A stretch of DNA of 11,365 nucleotides from NCBI GenBank assembly GCA_040081625.1, contig JBEBGD010000144.1:1-11365 (forward strand), written 5' to 3'. Positions 1-4,800 of the stretch are shown in pieces. The position numbers and the translations under genes are program-made. The stretch is from Chthoniobacteraceae bacterium. GTDB lineage: Bacteria > Verrucomicrobiota > Verrucomicrobiia > Chthoniobacterales > Chthoniobacteraceae. Positions within the stretch are counted from its first letter, which is position 1. Every line of letters starts with the position of its first letter. Below the pieces are notes generated by a model. That model ran no database searches and was not told the DNA's origin. It saw nothing but the letters and a program-made list of their open reading frames with translations.

Positions 1-104
1 GACTTCCAAGTCTGCTGTGCCGCGGGTTTCCAACCCGCAATCCGTGACGGTCGCCGTGCCGACTTGGAAGTCGGCGATACAGCAGACTGGGAAGTCTGCG
101 CTAC
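1..104. repeat. GTAG-class REP-like composite palindromic element, left end truncated by the window
   Basis: 1-18 GACTTCCAAGTCTGCTGT is the inverted repeat of 79-96 with 1 mismatch. Internal hairpins: GCGGGTT-TCC-AACCCGC (22-38), GCCGACTT-GG-AAGTCGGC (58-75) and GCAGACT-GGGA-AGTCTGC (82-99). The element ends in CTAC (101-104), the reverse complement of the GTAG tetranucleotide of REP sequences. Confidence 0.8.
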
Positions 105-222
105 GGCGGCGCAACTTTCCCGAAAATTCCGCGTCACGATCGGCGGCGAGACCCCTATCCGCGTGGTGAAGACCGATCATGACCTTTACCGGACTCGCGC
201 AGAACTTCTCTCACCGCCCGCT

Positions 223-446
223 GGATCGCTTCCAACGCGCGTTGGATTCAAGCCCACGTGCGTTGGGTCGGTTCTTACGCACGTCAGGTCCGTCCCAACG
301 CGCGTTGGGCTCATTCTTACACGCGGCGGGTCCGATCTTACGTGCGTTGGACTCGACCCCACGCGCGTGGGGTCGGTCCTTACGCGTGTGGGGTCCGAGG
401 TTACGCGCGTTGGATCCATTCTTACACGCGTTGGAATCGACCCAAC
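223..446. repeat. Tandem array of 10 full and 1 partial degenerate 21-bp units, idealised as GGGTCNGACCC-AACGCGCGTT
   Basis: Units start at 223, 244, 265, 286, 307, 328, 349, 370, 391, 412 and 433 with no indels. The core is ACGCGCGT followed by (T/G)GG. Perfect palindromes occur at 231-246, 294-309 and 354-375. Confidence 0.95.
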
Positions 447-530
447 ACCCCGGTTTCCAACAGAAGCGCTCCAGAAGCGGCCGACAGGAGGCTGAGAGGC
501 GGCTCGGTCTGGCCGAAAAGCGATCCTCCC

Positions 531-1318
531 ATGCCTTGGGATGAAGGCACCTACGACAGCGGCTTCTGGGACTCGGACGCCGCTCAGCCCCTTTCCACCA
601 CCACCACCAAACCGAAAAAACACACCATGCCCAAAGGCCCCTACATCAAACTCAACGACGAGGCGTTTTCCGCACAACTCCTCCAGTTCAAGAACAACAT
701 CGGCGCCTACGCCACCCTGCTCAACGTCACCGCGCCAGAGGTGACCGCACAGGCGGCGGACGCCGATTACTTCGCCTACCAGCTCGCCTGCCACGACATC
801 GCCCTCTCCTACGCGCAGCAATGCACCGCGTGGAAGACACTCATCCGCAAAGGCGGCACCCCGCCCGCCTCCGGTGCGCCGGCGATGCCCACCTGGCCCG
901 CCCCAGTCGCCGCGGTGGCGCCCGGCGTCGAGCCGCGCCTCCGCGCGCTGGTGCAAAAACGAAGAAGCAGACCGCCTACAACGACGGCATCGGCGAGACG
1001 CTCGGGATCGAGGGCGACGAGCAAACCGGCCCGGACCTGATGACAGTGAAGCCGGTCATCGATGCGGCCAAATCCGGCAACCACGTGGAGATCGATTGGG
1101 GCTGGCAGGGCAATCGCGCCTTTCTGCAAGGCATCCGCATCGAGGTGGACCGCGGGGATGGGATCTGGCGCCTGCTCACGATCGACACGACGCCCGGCTA
1201 CAACGACACCGAAGCCCTCCCCGCCACGACCACCAAGTGGAAATATCGCGCCATCTATCTCGTGGACGACCAGCAGGTCGGCGAATGGAGCCAGACGGCG
1301 GAGGCGACCGTCGGCTGA
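531..1318 (+). pseudogene. Uncharacterised protein (about 262 aa from ATG531, or about 230 aa from ATG627) with a predicted N-terminal helical region and C-terminal Ig/FN3-like beta-sandwich. Interrupted by a 1-nt frameshift at 955-959 (true indel, recoding or sequencing error).
   Basis: The frame of ORF 258..1040 reads protein-like from MPWDEG/MPKGPY to LRALVQK. The frame of ORF 821..1318 reads protein-like only from TKKQTAYNDGIGETLGIEG to WKYRAIYLVDDQQVGEWSQTAEATVG-stop. One extra A in CAAAAAC (954-960) joins the two. The YRAIY...GEWS ending is FN3-like. Confidence 0.75.
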
Positions 1319-1332
1319 CCGCCTTCGCCCGG

Positions 1333-1391
1333 GTGATCGGTAAACGGTGATCGGCTAACGCGCTCGCCACTGATCACCGATCACCGATCAC
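1333..1391. repeat. Intergenic inverted repeat made of 7-bp units (GTGATCG x3 ... CGATCAC x3); stem-loop
   Basis: The 22-nt arms 1333-1354 and 1370-1391 are complementary at 19/22 positions with a 15-nt loop. Five GATC sites start at 1335, 1349, 1372, 1379 and 1386. Confidence 0.85.
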
Positions 1392-1403
1392 ATCGTTTCA
1401 TAA

Positions 1404-1865
1404 ATGCCCTTCGATCCTAACAAGCCCGCCGCAAACTCGCCCGACTCCTCGGCGGAGATGCGGGCGCAGCTCAACGGCTTGCATGAGCTGATTCAGGCCG
1501 GCATTCCCGGTCCGCAAGGCCCGCAGGGAGAGCAAGGTCCAGTCGGTGCCACTGGTCCACAAGGCGAGCCCGGCCCGCAAGGCATCCCCGGCGATCCCGG
1601 CGGCCCGCCAGGACCCCAAGGCCCGCAGGGCGATGCCGGGCCGCAAGGGAGTCAAGGCGACCCCGGCCCGCCCGGCGACCAAGGTCCGCAAGGCCCGCCC
1701 GGCGAAGTGACCCAAGGCCAACTCGACACCGCCATCGCCGGCACCGCGCGCAATCCAAACACCCTTTCCCCGCTGACTATCATCATCAGCGACCCACCCA
1801 CGCAGGCCGAAGTGCAGGCCATCGTGGATGCTTACAATCTCCTGCTCACGAACACCCAACGCTAA
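1404..1865 (+). CDS. Collagen-like protein, 153 aa
   Basis: There are 23 Gly-X-Y triplets (11 + 12, separated by one extra Gly) at about 1500-1709. They are flanked by short helical-looking segments ([35 protein letters not shown]). No signal peptide is visible. Confidence 0.93.
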   Translation: MPFDPNKPAANSPDSSAEMRAQLNGLHELIQAGIPGPQGPQGEQGPVGATGPQGEPGPQGIPGDPGGPPGPQGPQGDAGPQGSQGDPGPPGDQGPQGPPGEVTQGQLDTAIAGTARNPNTLSPLTIIISDPPTQAEVQAIVDAYNLLLTNTQR

Positions 1866-1877
1866 CAAACCGCCTCC

Positions 1878-4800
1878 ATGAACCTCATCACTCGACTCCA
1901 GACCAGTATGGCCAACGCTCCGCTGGCCGCCATCCTCCCGCAGGCGATGCGCCTCCCCTGCACCGCCCTGCTCGCCGCGCTCGGCATATGCGGCTCCGCC
2001 GCGAAATGCGAGCAACTCGCTCTCGTGCGCGCGCCGTGGACGATCGCGGGCAACGGGCAAACGCAGACCGGCACCCATGCGCACGTCAATGGAGAAGCGC
2101 ATTTCGATGTGCCCAACTGGGACACGGACGAAGTGCAGCGGGGGATGGTGAAGTTTGATTTGGGGGCCAACCCGGCCGTTGCCGGGACCGCGATGCTGGC
2201 TTTCAATCTTGCGGAGGTGTCCAGGGACGCGGGGTTCGTGGACAGCCAGTTTCTCATCGTCGCCTATGCGGCGAATGCGAATACCACCAATGATGTCGCT
2301 GATTATCATGCGCCGGCGCTGATGACGGTGGCGACCGTCTCCACTTCAGCCACGGTGGCAGGAACGCAGTCCATCGAGGTCAAGGATGCGCTCAATTACG
2401 CGCGCGCCAACGGCATCCGATATGTCGGCTTTCGGTTTCAAGCGGTCACGGGGCTTTACGCAACGACCAAGGTCAGCAAGCGAGCGACCGCGTTTAGCCT
2501 CAACGCGTATCCCGTGGGGGAAGACTGGGTGCAGCGCTACAACGGGCCGGCGAATCTCAACGACTATGCATCCGCGACGGCGGTGGATGCGGCGGGGGAT
2601 GTGATCGTGACCGGGCAATCCACCAATGCCGGCGGCAATGCGGACTATTACACGGCCAAGTATGCCGCCGAGGACGGGGCGCTGCTTTGGGAGAAGCGGT
2701 ATAATGGGACGGCCAACGGCTCCGACCAAGCGTTGGCGCTGGCCTTGGATGGTGCGGGCAATGTGATCGTCACTGGCCTCTCCTTGAATGCCGCTGGCAA
2801 TGTCGATATCTACACCGCGAAATATGCCGCTGGCGATGGGACGCTGCTCTGGGAGAAACGATATAACGGGCCTGCCAATGGCAGTGACGTAGGTTACGAC
2901 CTCGCCGTGGATAGCGCAGGTAACGTGGTGGTGACCGGCTTCTCTCACGGGAATATCAGCGGCAATGATGACTACTACACGGCCAAGTATGCGGCGGCGG
3001 ACGGAACGCTCGTGTGGGAGAAACGCTACAACGGGCCGGTTGGTGGCGTGGACTATGGGTATAGCGTAGCTGTGGACGCCGCGGGCGACGTGGTGGTCAC
3101 CGGACGCTCCTTCGGGACCGACTTGGATTACTATACGGCGAAATATTTGGCTGCTGATGGAACGCTCGTGTGGGAGAAGCGTTACAATGGTCCGGGTAAT
3201 GGGGGCGACGAACCCTTCGACGTCGCGGTGGATGCCGCAGGCAACGTGGTCGTCACGGGCGTATCTAACAACGTGGGCGCCAACCCCGACTACTATTCGG
3301 CCAAGTATGCCGCCGCCAACGGGGCGCTGGTCTGGGAGGTGCGTTACAACGGACCGGCCAATGGCTACGACGCGGCCCATAGCCTGGCAGTGGACGCCAG
3401 TGGCAATGTGGCCGTCACGGGCCTTTCCGTCGGGATCGGGAGCAGTAACGATTTCTACACGGCAAAGTATGCAGCAGCGAATGGAGCCCTGATCTGGGAG
3501 AAGCGCGGCCCCACGAACGCGAGCGATCAGGCGACCGACTTGAGGATGGACGCGGAGGGCAACGTGGCCGTGACAGGTCAATCTTCCAACGGCAGCAACC
3601 ACGATTACTATACAGCGAAGTATGCGGCAGCGGACGGCGCACTGCTTTGGGAGCAGCGCTACAATGGCCCAGCCAATGCCGATGACGTAATGGTCGCAGT
3701 GACCCCGGAGGGCGGAAAGCTCGCGCTGACGCCAGACGGCGGCGCGGTGGTAACGGGCGCTTCTTCCAACGGAACCAACTACGACTACGCCACGGTCAAA
3801 TACGGTCCCGCCGACTCGATCACGCTCGCGCCGACGCTGATCGCGCCGGCGGCGAATACCCGCTACACCAACCCCGTTCCGGTCTCCTTCACCCTGCCCG
3901 AGGCCGCGCTGCCTGGCAGCCTCAAGCTGACCTTCGACAACTCCATCCGCCAGCGCATCTACACGCTCGACGACGCGCTCGGCACTGCGGGCGCGCACAG
4001 CTTCACCTTCAATGCCAGCGACCCAATCGCGGCGGCGGAGATCATCAGCGGGGTCGCCGTGCCGGATGGTTCGGCAGCGTCCATTCCCGACGGTGGGAGC
4101 TATACGGTGACTCTCGCCTATCAGGATGCGCTCGGGAATCCGGCGGCGAGCGCCGTTTCGACCTTCGTCGGCATCGATACGGTGACCGAGACACCCGCCT
4201 TGTGGACGCTGAAAGTGGATGAAATAGAGGGGCACCCCAGCTACGTCGCCCGGCAGATGAGCCTGAGCTATACGCTCTATGAGAACACTCCTGGCGCGGG
4301 CTCGCTCAAGTTGCTCTTCGATAACGGGAGTTCGGTCATCGAGTGGACCATGAGCACCGCGCGCTCCACGGCGCAGACCTATCACACGCCCTTCGTCCTC
4401 GATCCGAAAGATCCCACGGCCACGGGTGATGTGGTCAGCGGAGCGCCCGTGCCGGATGGCACTTACACGGTCCGGCTTTCATTTCAGGATGCCTTGGGTA
4501 ATGCGGCGGCGCTCTCCAACGCCAAGACGATGGTCGAGGATACGGTCGCGCCGGAGACGAGCATCAGCACCGCACCGCCGCTGGTGAGCAGCAGCGCGAC
4601 GGCGATGTTCACCTTCGGGTCGAATGAATCGCCGGTGAACTGGGAGGCGACGCTCGATGGCGGCACGCCGGCGTTCGTCGGCGGCAGCGCAAGCTATTCA
4701 TCGCTGCCCGATGGCCCGCACACGCTCTCGGTGCGTGCTCGGGATGCGGCGGGCAACTTCGATCCCTCGCCGGCCACGCATGCCTGGACGGTGGATGCGA

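Noticed and set aside
223..446. 21-bp array as a CRISPR or TIGR-type guide array
   Set aside because: The period is only 21 bp, the variable parts are related to each other rather than unique spacers, and no cas or Nop-domain gene is recognisable in the window.
486..491. AGGAGG as the ribosome-binding site of the orphan gene
   Set aside because: It is about 40 nt upstream of ATG531, too far for a Shine-Dalgarno, and other genes here also lack clear SD motifs.
64..495. ORF 64..495 as annotated, plus ORFs 179..544 and 186..956
   Set aside because: The TTG start lies inside the REP-like element, and the open frames follow from the stop-poor repeat. Only a shorter GTG-started version is kept, as a hypothesis.
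258..530. N-terminal extension of ORF 258..1040
   Set aside because: It runs through the array and gives low-complexity Arg-rich sequence. Protein-like sequence starts at ATG531.
531..1865. Calling the small-gene pair a prophage
   Set aside because: No integrase, terminase, portal, capsid or att site is recognisable. Phage resemblance is limited to weak motif impressions.
2526..3803. Propeller repeats as a diversity-generating retroelement TR/VR pair
   Set aside because: There is no reverse transcriptase, differences between copies are not adenine-specific, and all copies are in-frame coding blades.
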